Shown here one piece after another: positions 51,527 through 61,822 of a DNA stretch of 64,000 bases. Position numbers and translations under genes: made by a program. Source of the stretch: Candidatus Cloacimonadales bacterium (GTDB taxonomy: Bacteria > Cloacimonadota > Cloacimonadia > Cloacimonadales > JAFGVF01); NCBI GenBank assembly GCA_963667035.1, contig OY762964.1, forward strand, positions 576,001-640,000, given 5' to 3'. The notes beneath the pieces were generated by a model. It had not been told where the DNA came from and did no database searches. It was given only the letters and a program-made list of their open reading frames with translations. Within the stretch, counting starts at the first letter, position 1. Each line of letters begins with the position of its first letter.

Positions 51527-51967
51527 TTGGATAATAATTCATTTGATATATTGTTGGTTGAAGATAATCCCAATGATGCAGAACTAATAATAAGAGCCCT
51601 TGCTAGGGCTGAGATAACCAATAAGTTGATTCATCTTGAGGATGGAGCCGAAGCTTTGGACTTTATCTTTGCAGAGGGTAAGTATGATTCACGTAACAAG
51701 ACAGTTCTCCCTAAACTATTAATGTTAGACCTTAAACTGCCTAGAGTAACAGGATTGGAAGTGCTTGAAGCTTTGAGAAAAAAAGAAGAGACAAAACTTT
51801 TGCCTGTTGTTATAGTTACCTCGTCAATGGAAGATAGAGATGTTCAGAAAGCTTATTCTCTGGGAGTGAACAGTTTTATAGTGAAACCGGTTGATTTTTC
51901 TAAATTCATTCAGACAATTAAAATGGTTGGTAATTATTGGCTGAATGTTAACCACCAACTTCAGTAA
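51527..51967 (+). CDS. Single-domain response regulator (Rcp1-like)
   Basis: ILLVEDNPND, LDLKLP, TSS, NSFIVKP, YWL. Confidence 0.92.
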   Translation: MDNNSFDILLVEDNPNDAELIIRALARAEITNKLIHLEDGAEALDFIFAEGKYDSRNKTVLPKLLMLDLKLPRVTGLEVLEALRKKEETKLLPVVIVTSSMEDRDVQKAYSLGVNSFIVKPVDFSKFIQTIKMVGNYWLNVNHQLQ

Positions 51968-51982
51968 GGAATATGAATAAAT

Positions 51983-54286
51983 ATGTTAACATCTACTAGA
52001 ATACTGATAGTAGAAGATTTACCCTCAGATGCCGAATTAGCACAAAGACAATTGAAAAAGCATCTTGGTGAATGTCTGGTTAAAGTTGTTGATACGAAAG
52101 AAGACTTTCTTAGAGAACTTAATGAGTTTGAACCACAACTAATTGTATCTGATTATAATCTACCTAGTTTTGATGGTTTAACGGCTTTAAAGTTAACCTT
52201 ACAAAAAGATTCCAGCATACCTTTTATTATTCTAACCGGTTCAATGAATGAAGATACCGCTGTTGAATGTATGAAGGCAGGAGCTTGGGATTATGTAATT
52301 AAAGAGCATAATAAAAGACTTGGAGCTTCTGCAGTTAGTGCGTTGGAGAAGAAAAGCGTTATTGATGAGAAAACTAAGGTATCTCAAGCTAATAAAGAGA
52401 AGCAGATTTTTATACAGCAAATAACTAAAACTATCCCCTTATATTTGTTCATATTTGATTTAAAAACAGGTAAGTCTACATATACTAATAAAGATATATG
52501 GGCTAGTCTCGGTTATCATGATTTGAAAAGTAATCAGGTAGAAGGAGATATCTTAAACAGCTTAATCCATAAAGATGATTTAGAGAGACATAAGAATATA
52601 TTTAAGAAGTTGCAGACTCTCAAAGAAGGAGAGGTAGAAAACAACGAATACAGAGTAAAGAATTCTTCTGGAGAGTGGATATGGTTCCGTTCAATGTATG
52701 TTGTATTTAGTTTCGATGAAGATGGTAATCCTGCAACAATACTTGAATCGACTCAAGATGTTTCAAGTCTGAAGAGAACTCAGAGAGATTTAAGAGAAGC
52801 ACATAGATTTTATAAGCAGATTTTAGACAGCTCTAAAGATGGTATTCTGGTTACTAATATGGATGATAAAATTGTTTTCTGGAATCCTCCTATGACAGAG
52901 ATGTTCAATATACCTTTCATGGATGTGTTGGGTAGAGAGATTAGCAGTGTCTTTAAATCAATGAGTAGAGAAGAAGAGTTAAAGTTTTATGAGCAGTCTA
53001 AAAATGGAAAGATAATTACGACCAATGACTATCAGTTCACATATAAATCAAGTAATGAGAAGGGTTGGGCAAATGGTAGATATTTTCCTCTATTAGATAC
53101 AGGTAATAATATAGCCGGCGTAATATATATGGTTCACGATATTACTGAAAGAAAGCTTCAAGAGGAAGAGCTCAGAGAAAGCGAACATAAATATAAAACC
53201 ATCTTTGAGAATATACAGGATGTTTACTTTGAGACAGACCTGTCCGGAATAGTGATAGAAGTAAGTCCATCAATTAATACTATTTCTAAGTATACTCGTG
53301 AAGAAATGATTGGAAGTAACATAGGTGATGTATATGCGGACAAGAAAGAGAGAGAGCTGATTATTGAGAAATTATCAAGAGGAGAAAAACTTAAGGATTA
53401 TGAGTTAGTTCTACTTGATAAAGATGGAACTGTTAGAGATTGTGCAGTTACTGCTCAAGTTCTTCATGAAAAGAGGACAGATAAACCCAGACTTTATGGT
53501 ATTATGAGAGATATCTCAGAAAGAAAGAGAATAACAAGAGAACTGATTGAGGCTAAGGATAAGGCGGAAGAGATGAGTAAATTAAAATCTGCTTTTCTGG
53601 CTAATATGAGTCATGAGTTACGAACTCCTCTTGTCGGAATACTGGGATTTGCTGAGCTATTGAATGATATGGTGCCTGATTCGGAAGTGAAAGAGATGGT
53701 TAAGACAATCTTGGAATCCGGAGAAAGGCTACATACTACTCTTAACTTGATACTTGATTTATCAAGAGTGGAAGCAAACAGGCAAGAAATTAAGTGGAAT
53801 AAAGTTGACTTTGTTTATAGAATCGAAGAAAACATAAAGATATTTAAAGGATTAGCTCAAAAGAAGAATTTAAAAATAGAGTTTGAGCACAAAATGGATG
53901 AGCTTCTATGTGTAAATGATTCATATTTACTTGATCATATATTTAGCAATGTTATAAACAATGCTATCAAATATACTGAAGAAGGATTTATAAAAGTAGT
54001 GTTGAAAGCAGAGAGAGAAGATAACATTGATTATGCTATGATTGAGATTACAGACTCTGGTATTGGTATAGAACCAAGTAGACAAGAGTTAATTTTTGAT
54101 GCATTCAGACAAGCTAGTGAAGGCTATCATAGGATGTATGAAGGTACAGGTTTAGGATTAACAATTACCAAAAAATATGTTGAGTTATTAAATGGAAAGA
54201 TAAACTTAAGAAGTGTATTGAATCAAGGAAGCACATTTACTATCAAGTTTCCTTGCATTCACCAGGTAAGGAGTAATAATGCATAA
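51983..54286 (+). CDS. Hybrid sensor kinase REC-PAS-PAS-PAS-HisKA-HATPase
   Basis: N-terminal REC (SDYNLP), PAS/PAC ends (QDVS, HDITERK, RDISERK), MSHELRTPL, NAIKYT, DSGIGI, GTGLGL. Confidence 0.93.
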   Translation: MLTSTRILIVEDLPSDAELAQRQLKKHLGECLVKVVDTKEDFLRELNEFEPQLIVSDYNLPSFDGLTALKLTLQKDSSIPFIILTGSMNEDTAVECMKAGAWDYVIKEHNKRLGASAVSALEKKSVIDEKTKVSQANKEKQIFIQQITKTIPLYLFIFDLKTGKSTYTNKDIWASLGYHDLKSNQVEGDILNSLIHKDDLERHKNIFKKLQTLKEGEVENNEYRVKNSSGEWIWFRSMYVVFSFDEDGNPATILESTQDVSSLKRTQRDLREAHRFYKQILDSSKDGILVTNMDDKIVFWNPPMTEMFNIPFMDVLGREISSVFKSMSREEELKFYEQSKNGKIITTNDYQFTYKSSNEKGWANGRYFPLLDTGNNIAGVIYMVHDITERKLQEEELRESEHKYKTIFENIQDVYFETDLSGIVIEVSPSINTISKYTREEMIGSNIGDVYADKKERELIIEKLSRGEKLKDYELVLLDKDGTVRDCAVTAQVLHEKRTDKPRLYGIMRDISERKRITRELIEAKDKAEEMSKLKSAFLANMSHELRTPLVGILGFAELLNDMVPDSEVKEMVKTILESGERLHTTLNLILDLSRVEANRQEIKWNKVDFVYRIEENIKIFKGLAQKKNLKIEFEHKMDELLCVNDSYLLDHIFSNVINNAIKYTEEGFIKVVLKAEREDNIDYAMIEITDSGIGIEPSRQELIFDAFRQASEGYHRMYEGTGLGLTITKKYVELLNGKINLRSVLNQGSTFTIKFPCIHQVRSNNA

Positions 54287-54671
54287 TGAGGAGAAGAAAC
54301 TCAGACTCTTAGTTATTGATGATGACTATCTTGTCTATGAGATTATCAAGAGAATGTTACATGCAAGTGCAAAAGTGGACTATGCCCGTTCTGGAGATGA
54401 GGCAATTGAACATCTGGCACATACAGGATATAACTTAATATTCCTTGATATTAATCTTAAGAGTAAAGAGAACGGGTTAGACATTTTGAAAAGGATTAGA
54501 GACATTGAAAGTTTCTCAAAAACACTCGTATGTGCAACAACTGCATACGCAATGCTCGGGGATAAGGAAAGATTCCTTGAAGCTGGTTGCAATTACTATC
54601 TGTCAAAACCCTTTACTAAAGATAATCTAAAGCTACTGATTGAAGAAGCTCTAGATATTATAATTGGATGA
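54279..54671 (+). CDS. Single-domain response regulator
   Basis: LVIDDD, LDINL, TAYAM, SKP. Confidence 0.9.
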   Translation: MHNEEKKLRLLVIDDDYLVYEIIKRMLHASAKVDYARSGDEAIEHLAHTGYNLIFLDINLKSKENGLDILKRIRDIESFSKTLVCATTAYAMLGDKERFLEAGCNYYLSKPFTKDNLKLLIEEALDIIIG

Positions 54672-54673
54672 TT

Positions 54674-54698
54674 AAAGGGGCTTTGAAGCCCCTTTTTT
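54674..54698. terminator. Bidirectional terminator
   Basis: aaaggggctt-tg-aagccccttt followed by ttt, between convergent genes. Confidence 0.78.
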
Positions 54699-55071
54699 AT
54701 GTCTCAAGTCGTTTAAGAATTTTGTTAATTAACTTATCCGGATCTACCGGTTTGAACATTACATCTTGCAATCCAAGCTTCTTACTGTTTACAATAGAGT
54801 GTGATGGGTCATATCCGAATCCTGTCATCATTATGACAGGTAACTGATTATTATAATCCATTAAAGAAGTATACAATTCAAAACCATTCATGTCTGGCAT
54901 TGCAATATCTGTTAGAACAAGGTCTATATTACCCTGCATAACACGCATCTTTGCTTCTTGAGCCAGATTATATGTCAATATTTCCCAATCAGGTATAAGT
55001 CTATTAAGATCATAAAGCAGGTTGTCGAGTAACTCCTGCTCGTCGTCTACGATTACTATTTTGTACCCCAT
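54697..55071 (-). CDS. Single-domain response regulator
   Basis: IVIVDDE, TDIAMPDMNG, MTG, KP. Confidence 0.9.
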   Translation of the reverse strand: MGYKIVIVDDEQELLDNLLYDLNRLIPDWEILTYNLAQEAKMRVMQGNIDLVLTDIAMPDMNGFELYTSLMDYNNQLPVIMMTGFGYDPSHSIVNSKKLGLQDVMFKPVDPDKLINKILKRLET

Positions 55072-55952
55072 TCTTTAGCTTCATCTCCTGCAATAGATTT
55101 ATAGGCTGTGCAATATTTATCATAAGTTTTTGCTATTATATCTTCAGGTAATTCCGGTGCCGGAGGATTCTTGTCCCAACCGGTTGCAGAGATATAATCT
55201 CTGATATATTGTTTGTCGTAACTCTTTGGTGTCTTCCCAACTTCATACTCTTCAATATCCCAAAAGCGAGAGGAATCAGGTGTTAGCATTTCATCAATAA
55301 GGTATATCTGACCTTCTATTGTACCGAATTCAAATTTAGTATCTGCTAGAATAATTCCTTTCTGCTTTAAAAAGTCAGCACCAAATTTATACAGCTCTAT
55401 TGACTTTTCTCTTAACTCCTCGGCAATATTCTTATCAACTCTGGTAAGCATTTCTGCAAAGCTGATATTAATATCATGGCCTTCTTCAGCTTTTGTGGAT
55501 GGAGTAAAGAGAGGTTTCGGGAATCTTTGAGATTCTAACATGTCTTCGGCAATCAGAGTATTGTTGACTGTACCCATACTTTGATATTCTTTCCAAGCTG
55601 AGCCTGTAATATACCCTCTAACTATGCATTCAAAAGGAATAACACGAGTCTTCTTTACAAGCATACTTCGATCTTCAAGTTCATTTTTGAAAGTATGGAA
55701 TTCTTCCGGATACTCTTCTACAATATCAGTAATAAAATGATTAGGCATAATATCTTTAGTTGCTTTAAAAAAATGTACTGATATCTGGTTTAAGATTTTA
55801 CCTTTATTTTTTATCTCATTAGGGAATACAACGTCAAATGCTGAGATTCTGTCTGATGTAACTACAAGGAGTTTATCACCTAAATCATAAATATCTCTCA
55901 CTTTACCACGATAATGCTTTTTTACTATATCAAGTTCATCAATCTTCATCAC
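55056..55952 (-). CDS. purC: SAICAR synthetase
   Basis: GKVRDIY, SDRISAFD, ECIVRGY, TPSTKA, ADTKFEFG, TPDSSRFW. Confidence 0.97.
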   Translation of the reverse strand: MMKIDELDIVKKHYRGKVRDIYDLGDKLLVVTSDRISAFDVVFPNEIKNKGKILNQISVHFFKATKDIMPNHFITDIVEEYPEEFHTFKNELEDRSMLVKKTRVIPFECIVRGYITGSAWKEYQSMGTVNNTLIAEDMLESQRFPKPLFTPSTKAEEGHDINISFAEMLTRVDKNIAEELREKSIELYKFGADFLKQKGIILADTKFEFGTIEGQIYLIDEMLTPDSSRFWDIEEYEVGKTPKSYDKQYIRDYISATGWDKNPPAPELPEDIIAKTYDKYCTAYKSIAGDEAKEWGTK

Positions 55953-56886
55953 TATTCTCCTCAGCTTTATAGTTTAAATTAGTTAACACTTTCTTTATAT
56001 TACTCTGATATGTACCCATAACCAAATCTTTATTAGTGTTCACCAGCTCAAAGAATACAATCCATAACTCGTCAAGAGTATCTTTATTCACAGCTAAGAA
56101 CTCATTATCTCTATATTCAATATCAGTATAAACAGGGAATTCATCAGTGCCCTTTGAGTTCTCAACACTTTTTACCATACCTTTCATAATCTCTATTTTG
56201 GTACTTTTCCCTTCGATAACTGTATTGATGTATCTTGCTGTATAATAGAATATCATATATTGATAAAATCTTGCTAGCAAATCAATTTGCTTTCGCATAA
56301 TCTCGGAATCTTCGAACTTGATTTCATTGAACAAATCGGTTCGTTTTTTCTCTAGAATTGATAAGAAAGTGCTTCCTGAACGTAAGTATGTTTCAATTAG
56401 AAGGTTTCTTGAATAGCTCTTTCCATCTTTCATTTGGAAGAGTTGTTTAAAAGTTTCAATTAAATCAGCTAGAAAGAATCTATCTCTAAATGGTCCAATA
56501 TAGAATAAGTCACCTTGAGTATCCTCTTTGATTTGTACTTGAACTTCTCCTTCAAAATCCAAAGCAAGGTAACAATATTCATCGTATGGTTTGATTTGAG
56601 ATTGAAGTTGGGGTGAGAGTTTCTTTATCAACTTCTTTTGCCAAATTAGAGCATTAAATGCGTCAGGTAGCTCTTCCCAGTATATGTTGGTAGCAGTATC
56701 TTTTAAAGCTATAAATCTAGGGTCATCTTGCATTTTATCAAGATAAAATCTTACTCTTCCTTGAAGATTTCCGGCTAACGACACATACAATGCATTAATT
56801 GCATTGGAGAAGTAGAATACTCCGGGTTTTTTAGGCAATTTATTAATTTCTTCCTGCATATCAGGCTTTATAATTATCTGATTCAT
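55939..56886 (-). CDS. Degenerate UvrC N-terminus (GIY-YIG)-like protein
   Basis: LPKKPGVF...LYVSLAGNLQGRVRFY, YIGPF, UVR-like FEDSEIMRKQI; no C-terminal RNase H/HhH region. Confidence 0.6.
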   Translation of the reverse strand: MNQIIIKPDMQEEINKLPKKPGVFYFSNAINALYVSLAGNLQGRVRFYLDKMQDDPRFIALKDTATNIYWEELPDAFNALIWQKKLIKKLSPQLQSQIKPYDEYCYLALDFEGEVQVQIKEDTQGDLFYIGPFRDRFFLADLIETFKQLFQMKDGKSYSRNLLIETYLRSGSTFLSILEKKRTDLFNEIKFEDSEIMRKQIDLLARFYQYMIFYYTARYINTVIEGKSTKIEIMKGMVKSVENSKGTDEFPVYTDIEYRDNEFLAVNKDTLDELWIVFFELVNTNKDLVMGTYQSNIKKVLTNLNYKAEENSDED

Positions 56887-56895
56887 CTCTATTCC

Positions 56896-57867
56896 TTATC
56901 TATATTTATTCATTACTTCGGGATTAATAATTGCTTTTGGCATTTTCCCGTAAATGGCATCCCTAGCATTATCTACTGCCATGAATCCCATATTGTTCCT
57001 TGTCTCTGTAGTTGCCGAACCAATATGAGGTAAGAGGACAACATTATCTAAAGCGATCAATCCGGAACAAATTTCTGGTTCATGCTCATATACGTCAAGT
57101 CCTGCTCCTGCTATTTCTCCGTTCTTTAAAGCATCAAGTAAACTCTCTTCATCTATACATGCACCTCTAGCTGTGTTTATCACTATTGCACTATTCTTCA
57201 TTATCTTAAACTCATTTTTACTAATTAGATGATGTGTCTCCTTAGTATAAGGAAGATTAAGGCTAATAAAATCAGATTGCTCTAATAGATCATAAAATTC
57301 TACTTGTTTTGCAATGATTCCATCAATTGTGGTCTTTGATCTGTTACTATAGATTACTTTCATATTGAATCCGGAAGCTCTACGAGCGACAGCTTTACCA
57401 ATTCTGCCGGCTCCTATAACTCCAAGCGTTTTACCTGAAATCTCTTGTCCGCAAAACAGAGTTGGCTTCCAACCCTTAAATTTACCTTCTCTAGTATAGG
57501 TATCACTCAGAACAATCTTTCTTGCAACAGCAAGTAGTAAACACCATGCAATATCTGCCGTTGCTTCCGTAAGTACATCAGGAGTATTACAGACAGCTAT
57601 ACCTAACTCAGTAGCTTCTTTAACATCTATATTGTTATATCCAACAGCGTAATTACTTACGCATTTTAGATTGGGATTGCAAGTGAGAATTTCTCTATCT
57701 ATTTTATCTGCCAAAGTGCATAAAACAGCATCAGCCCACTTAGTACCTTCAATAATCTCATCTTTGATAAGAAGTCTATCTTCCATATTGATTTTCACTT
57801 CAAAATACTTATTCATATAATCAATAACTTCTTCCGGAAGCTCTCTTGTAACAAACAATTTCTTCAT
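56896..57867 (-). CDS. D-2-hydroxyacid dehydrogenase (glyoxylate/D-glycerate reductase family)
   Basis: AVGYNNID, NTPDVLT, GAGRIG, INTARG, LDVYEHEP, PHIGSAT. Confidence 0.93.
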   Translation of the reverse strand: MKKLFVTRELPEEVIDYMNKYFEVKINMEDRLLIKDEIIEGTKWADAVLCTLADKIDREILTCNPNLKCVSNYAVGYNNIDVKEATELGIAVCNTPDVLTEATADIAWCLLLAVARKIVLSDTYTREGKFKGWKPTLFCGQEISGKTLGVIGAGRIGKAVARRASGFNMKVIYSNRSKTTIDGIIAKQVEFYDLLEQSDFISLNLPYTKETHHLISKNEFKIMKNSAIVINTARGACIDEESLLDALKNGEIAGAGLDVYEHEPEICSGLIALDNVVLLPHIGSATTETRNNMGFMAVDNARDAIYGKMPKAIINPEVMNKYR

Positions 57868-58982
57868 ATATTATCTACCTGATACTTAAATGATTTGATA
57901 CTATGGAAAATAGCATTAACTATTTTATCCTGATAATCCTTATCAGTCAGTTTCTTCTCTTCTTCTTTATTGGATATAAATCCTGTTTCAATTAGTACAG
58001 CAGGCATATAAGCTCCTTTAAGCACATAGAAACCGGCTTGTTTAACACCCCTATCGTCAGATTTTGTGGCTGTGACTAAATTGGTTTGCAGTTTGTTCGC
58101 AAGGTCTGAACTCTCAGCAAGTTGCTCTGTCATTGAAATGTCAGCAAGAAGAAAATCAAGAGAGTCGTATTCATTAACAGCATCTTCTCCGCCTTCATAT
58201 TTATAAACAACAGAATTCTCCATTTGTTCAACTGCTCTTGCTTCATCAGTTTTTGCTGTAGATAGGTAATATACTTCAATTCCAGTTGCAGCTTTATTCT
58301 TTGCAGAATTTAGATGAATAGAAATGAACATATCTGCATGTTCTTCATTGGCAAATTTAGTACGTTTTCGTAAACTTACATATTCATCTTTATCCCTAGT
58401 AAGAAGTACTTTCACATTCAGGTTCTTCTCGAGGAGTGTCTTAAGTTTTTTTGCTAAAGCAACTGTAACATCCTTCTCATTACTCTTTTTAGAAAATCCT
58501 ACTGCTCCCGGATCTTTACCACCATGTCCCGGATCTATTACTATTGTTCTAATAGCATCATCATCAGGTATTTGTGCTAAGAGTAATCTTCTTTTCAAAT
58601 CAAAACGGATTTCGTTTTTAAAGATATGAGGAGCGACTTCCGCAAAGAAGGAAACAGGTAAGTAATATATACCATCCTTAAGCTTCATATCGTAGATGAA
58701 ACTAAAGTAATCGGTTCTATAATTAACAAAGGAGCTTTGAGTCATAAAGTATAAGTGTTTTTTATATATTGAGACTCTAAGTTTGTCATCTTTTAGCTCT
58801 TCTCTGTATGAACCACCTAATATATCTACAAAATCCTTTACTTTAAAATAACTGATTTCACCGATCTTTATCTCATGGAGTATCCGCTTTTCTTGTGAAC
58901 CTTTAAACCTGACAGTGATATCAGCTTTTAAAACAGTACATAAAACAAGAATGGCTAAAACTATATATAATCTCTTCATCAT
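57864..58982 (-). CDS. N-acetylmuramoyl-L-alanine amidase (Amidase_3)
   Basis: Signal peptide; IDPGHGGKDPGA, NEKD, SIHLN, PAVLIETGFISN. Confidence 0.94.
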   Translation of the reverse strand: MMKRLYIVLAILVLCTVLKADITVRFKGSQEKRILHEIKIGEISYFKVKDFVDILGGSYREELKDDKLRVSIYKKHLYFMTQSSFVNYRTDYFSFIYDMKLKDGIYYLPVSFFAEVAPHIFKNEIRFDLKRRLLLAQIPDDDAIRTIVIDPGHGGKDPGAVGFSKKSNEKDVTVALAKKLKTLLEKNLNVKVLLTRDKDEYVSLRKRTKFANEEHADMFISIHLNSAKNKAATGIEVYYLSTAKTDEARAVEQMENSVVYKYEGGEDAVNEYDSLDFLLADISMTEQLAESSDLANKLQTNLVTATKSDDRGVKQAGFYVLKGAYMPAVLIETGFISNKEEEKKLTDKDYQDKIVNAIFHSIKSFKYQVDNI

Positions 58983-59878
58983 AACTCTTCATTAAATCTT
59001 GGAGTCCAGGCTTCAGAACTTCCACAATCTTGAATATATGCATTTTTCAATCCAAGACTTGAAGCAAGTTCAATTAATTGAGCATATAAATTCGTATCAA
59101 CAGGCTTGTTTAGAACAGATGATTCTGTAGCTTTATAAGCCGGATAATATTGTCCCATTAAGCTTATGTAAATATCGTCTCCGAATTCTTCTTGTAGCAT
59201 ATACAATGATTTCCCTGTGCCTGATACATTGTCAGGTAAAACAAGTAATCTAACAAGCAAACCTTTAGCTGCGATTCCATTCTCACAGATAATATTACCA
59301 ACTTGCTTATACATTTCCCTTAGTGCATTTAATGCAACTGCAGGGTAGTCAGGAGCAAACGAATATTTCTTAGCATATTTGGAGTTGTAGTATTTATAGT
59401 CCGGTAAATATATATCCACTAAACCATCGAGTGTTTTAAGAGTCTCAACACATTCATAGCCATTGGAATTCCAGATAACAGGTAAAACTAACCCTTCTTT
59501 TTTTGCTAGTATCAAGGCTTCTCTAATTTGAGGAGTAAAATGCGTGGGGGATACTAGGTTGATATTATGCACTCCATACTCTTGTAACTCAAGCATTATA
59601 TCTACAAGGTTATTAACAGAGATATCCTTACCATGTCCTTCTTGGCTGATTAACCAGTTCTGACAGAATACGCAATGCAAGTTGCAATTAGAGAAGAAGA
59701 TAGTTCCGCTTCCCCTTTGCCCTGTAAAAATGGGCTCTTCACCAAAATGTTTTTGGTGTAAATTGTATTTCATTGTTGCAGAGTTATTGCATACACCGGT
59801 CGTAGTGTATCTATCAATTCCACATTTATGCGGACAGATTTTACAAGCTTTTAGTTTCGGGAAAAGCTTGTCATTCAT
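58979..59878 (-). CDS. Radical SAM protein, PflX family
   Basis: CKICPHKC, HFGEEP, GTIFFSNCNLHCVFCQN, DIYLPDYKY. Confidence 0.88.
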   Translation of the reverse strand: MNDKLFPKLKACKICPHKCGIDRYTTTGVCNNSATMKYNLHQKHFGEEPIFTGQRGSGTIFFSNCNLHCVFCQNWLISQEGHGKDISVNNLVDIMLELQEYGVHNINLVSPTHFTPQIREALILAKKEGLVLPVIWNSNGYECVETLKTLDGLVDIYLPDYKYYNSKYAKKYSFAPDYPAVALNALREMYKQVGNIICENGIAAKGLLVRLLVLPDNVSGTGKSLYMLQEEFGDDIYISLMGQYYPAYKATESSVLNKPVDTNLYAQLIELASSLGLKNAYIQDCGSSEAWTPRFNEEL

Positions 59879-60254
59879 TTAGGCTAAAACTCTCCGGAAG
59901 TAGTTTTTTTATTGTAGTTATATTGCTTTGTGATTTGGAACCGTATATAATTTCAACTTCCTTACCAAACTCACTTATTACTTGTCTGCAAGCCCCACAT
60001 GGAGGAAAAGGAATATCTGCATCAGCATAAACAGCAAGCTTCTTTATTACTTTTTCTCCTTCAGAAACCATTTTAAAGATAGCAGTTCTTTCTGCACAGT
60101 TAGTAAGTGAATAAGAGCTGTTTTCTACATTACAACCAATAAAAATAGTACCTTTATCCGTAATAAGTGCAGCACCAACTTTATATCCAGAGTAAGGGGC
60201 ATAAGCTTCTTTTGAGGCTTCTTTTGCTATTTCAAGTAATTCTGTAAGTTCCAT
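59871..60254 (-). CDS. cdd: Cytidine deaminase (homotetrameric)
   Basis: AYAPYS, GCNVEN, CAER, PCGACRQ, LLPESF. Confidence 0.95.
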   Translation of the reverse strand: MELTELLEIAKEASKEAYAPYSGYKVGAALITDKGTIFIGCNVENSSYSLTNCAERTAIFKMVSEGEKVIKKLAVYADADIPFPPCGACRQVISEFGKEVEIIYGSKSQSNITTIKKLLPESFSLNE

Positions 60255-60264
60255 ATATTAACCT

Positions 60265-61374
60265 CTAACTCAATAGAGCTAAGATGATTCCTCCGGCAAC
60301 AACAGATCCTATCTGTCCTGCAACATTAGCACTAACAGCCGGCATTAGCAGGAAGTTAAACGGATCTTCTTTTAACCCCATTTTATGGATTACTCTTGCT
60401 GACATTGGGAAAGCGGATATACCGCAAGCACCAATCATAGGATTTATTTTCTTTTTAACAAACAGATTTAACAATTTTGCAAACAACACTCCACCTGCTG
60501 TATCGAAAATGAAGGCTACAAGTCCTAGACCCATTATGAACAAGGTTTGAGTCTGAAGGAACTTCTCACCGGTCATAGTAGTTGCAATTGCAATACCAAG
60601 TAATATGGTAACAAGATTTCCAAGCTCTTTTTGAGCTGTTAACGAAAGAGAATCCAGCACTTTACATTCTCGAATGAGATTACCGAACATTAAGAATCCG
60701 ATGAGTGCTGCAGATTCAGGAGCAATTAATCCGGCAAGCAGTGTTATCATTATTGGAAAGATTACCTTTACTGATTTTGGAATATCACCTGTGTTATATT
60801 CCATTCTTATCTTTCTCTCTTTACTTGTTGTAAGTAGCTTAACGATAGGTGGTTGAATAATAGGAACAAGTGCCATATATGAATATGCTGCAACAGATAT
60901 AGGTCCTAACAATTCTTTAGCAAATTTAGAAGCAACATAGATTGAAGTTGGACCATCAGCAGCACCAATAATGCCTATTGAAGCAGCTTCTCTAATTGGG
61001 AATCCTATTAAAGCCGCCATGGAGATTGTGAAGAATATACCGAATTGAGCAGCAGCTCCAAATAGGAGCATTAAAGGATTCGTTAATAGTGGAGTGAAGT
61101 CAATCATAGCACCAATGGCGATAAAGATTAAAAGAGGGAATAGCTCGGTAGCTATTCCAAAATCGAATAAAACTTTCATAGCTCCATGTGGACTAATAGT
61201 TCCTACAACCTCAGCAAGGGGTAGGTTAGCTAAAATAGTCCCGAAACCTATTGGTAAAAGTAAAGCCGGTTCGTATTCTTTTTTGATTGCCAGATATATC
61301 AATACTAAACCTAACACTATCATAATAGTGCTTTTTAGTTCAATAGCCATGATTCCACGAAACAATTCCTGCAT
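60265..61374 (-). CDS. Na+-translocating carboxylase/decarboxylase beta subunit (OadB/MmdB/GcdB family)
   Basis: YEPALLLPIGFG, GAAAQFGIF, IGIIGAADGPT, AAYSYMALVP, GISAFPMSAR. Confidence 0.94.
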   Translation of the reverse strand: MQELFRGIMAIELKSTIMIVLGLVLIYLAIKKEYEPALLLPIGFGTILANLPLAEVVGTISPHGAMKVLFDFGIATELFPLLIFIAIGAMIDFTPLLTNPLMLLFGAAAQFGIFFTISMAALIGFPIREAASIGIIGAADGPTSIYVASKFAKELLGPISVAAYSYMALVPIIQPPIVKLLTTSKERKIRMEYNTGDIPKSVKVIFPIMITLLAGLIAPESAALIGFLMFGNLIRECKVLDSLSLTAQKELGNLVTILLGIAIATTMTGEKFLQTQTLFIMGLGLVAFIFDTAGGVLFAKLLNLFVKKKINPMIGACGISAFPMSARVIHKMGLKEDPFNFLLMPAVSANVAGQIGSVVAGGIILALLS

Positions 61375-61423
61375 ATATTCTCCAATTAAATCAGTATGTA
61401 TTCAATTTTCATATAACTGTAAA

Positions 61424-61822
61424 TTAATCAATGTATTTTTTGTATTCCTCAAAAATCTCTTTAGGTAATCGGGTAGGACTCCCGTTTTTGACAAATGCAC
61501 CATACACATTGAGGACACTACACAGTTCCTTACTCTGGTTATATATTTCTTGGTACCAACGACCCTTTACTCTATTTAACTCTTTGATATGAGTCTCAAC
61601 TCTCACATTATCTCCGTATGTTACACCTTTTTTATAATCAAGCTCAACTCTTATCACAAAGATACCCATATTAAGCTCGCTTAGTTTATGAATGGAGAAC
61701 TCCGTTTCATCAAGGGCATCACTTCTTGCTTCTTCATAAAGCTTTAAATAATTGGAATTATTCATGTGACCATATATGTCACATTCGAAACCGTAAATCT
61801 TACGACTATAAATGAAAGCCAT
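61424..61822 (-). CDS. Acyl-CoA thioesterase (YbgC/4HBT hot-dog fold)
   Basis: ECDIYGHMNNSNYLKLYEEAR. Confidence 0.88.
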   Translation of the reverse strand: MAFIYSRKIYGFECDIYGHMNNSNYLKLYEEARSDALDETEFSIHKLSELNMGIFVIRVELDYKKGVTYGDNVRVETHIKELNRVKGRWYQEIYNQSKELCSVLNVYGAFVKNGSPTRLPKEIFEEYKKYID

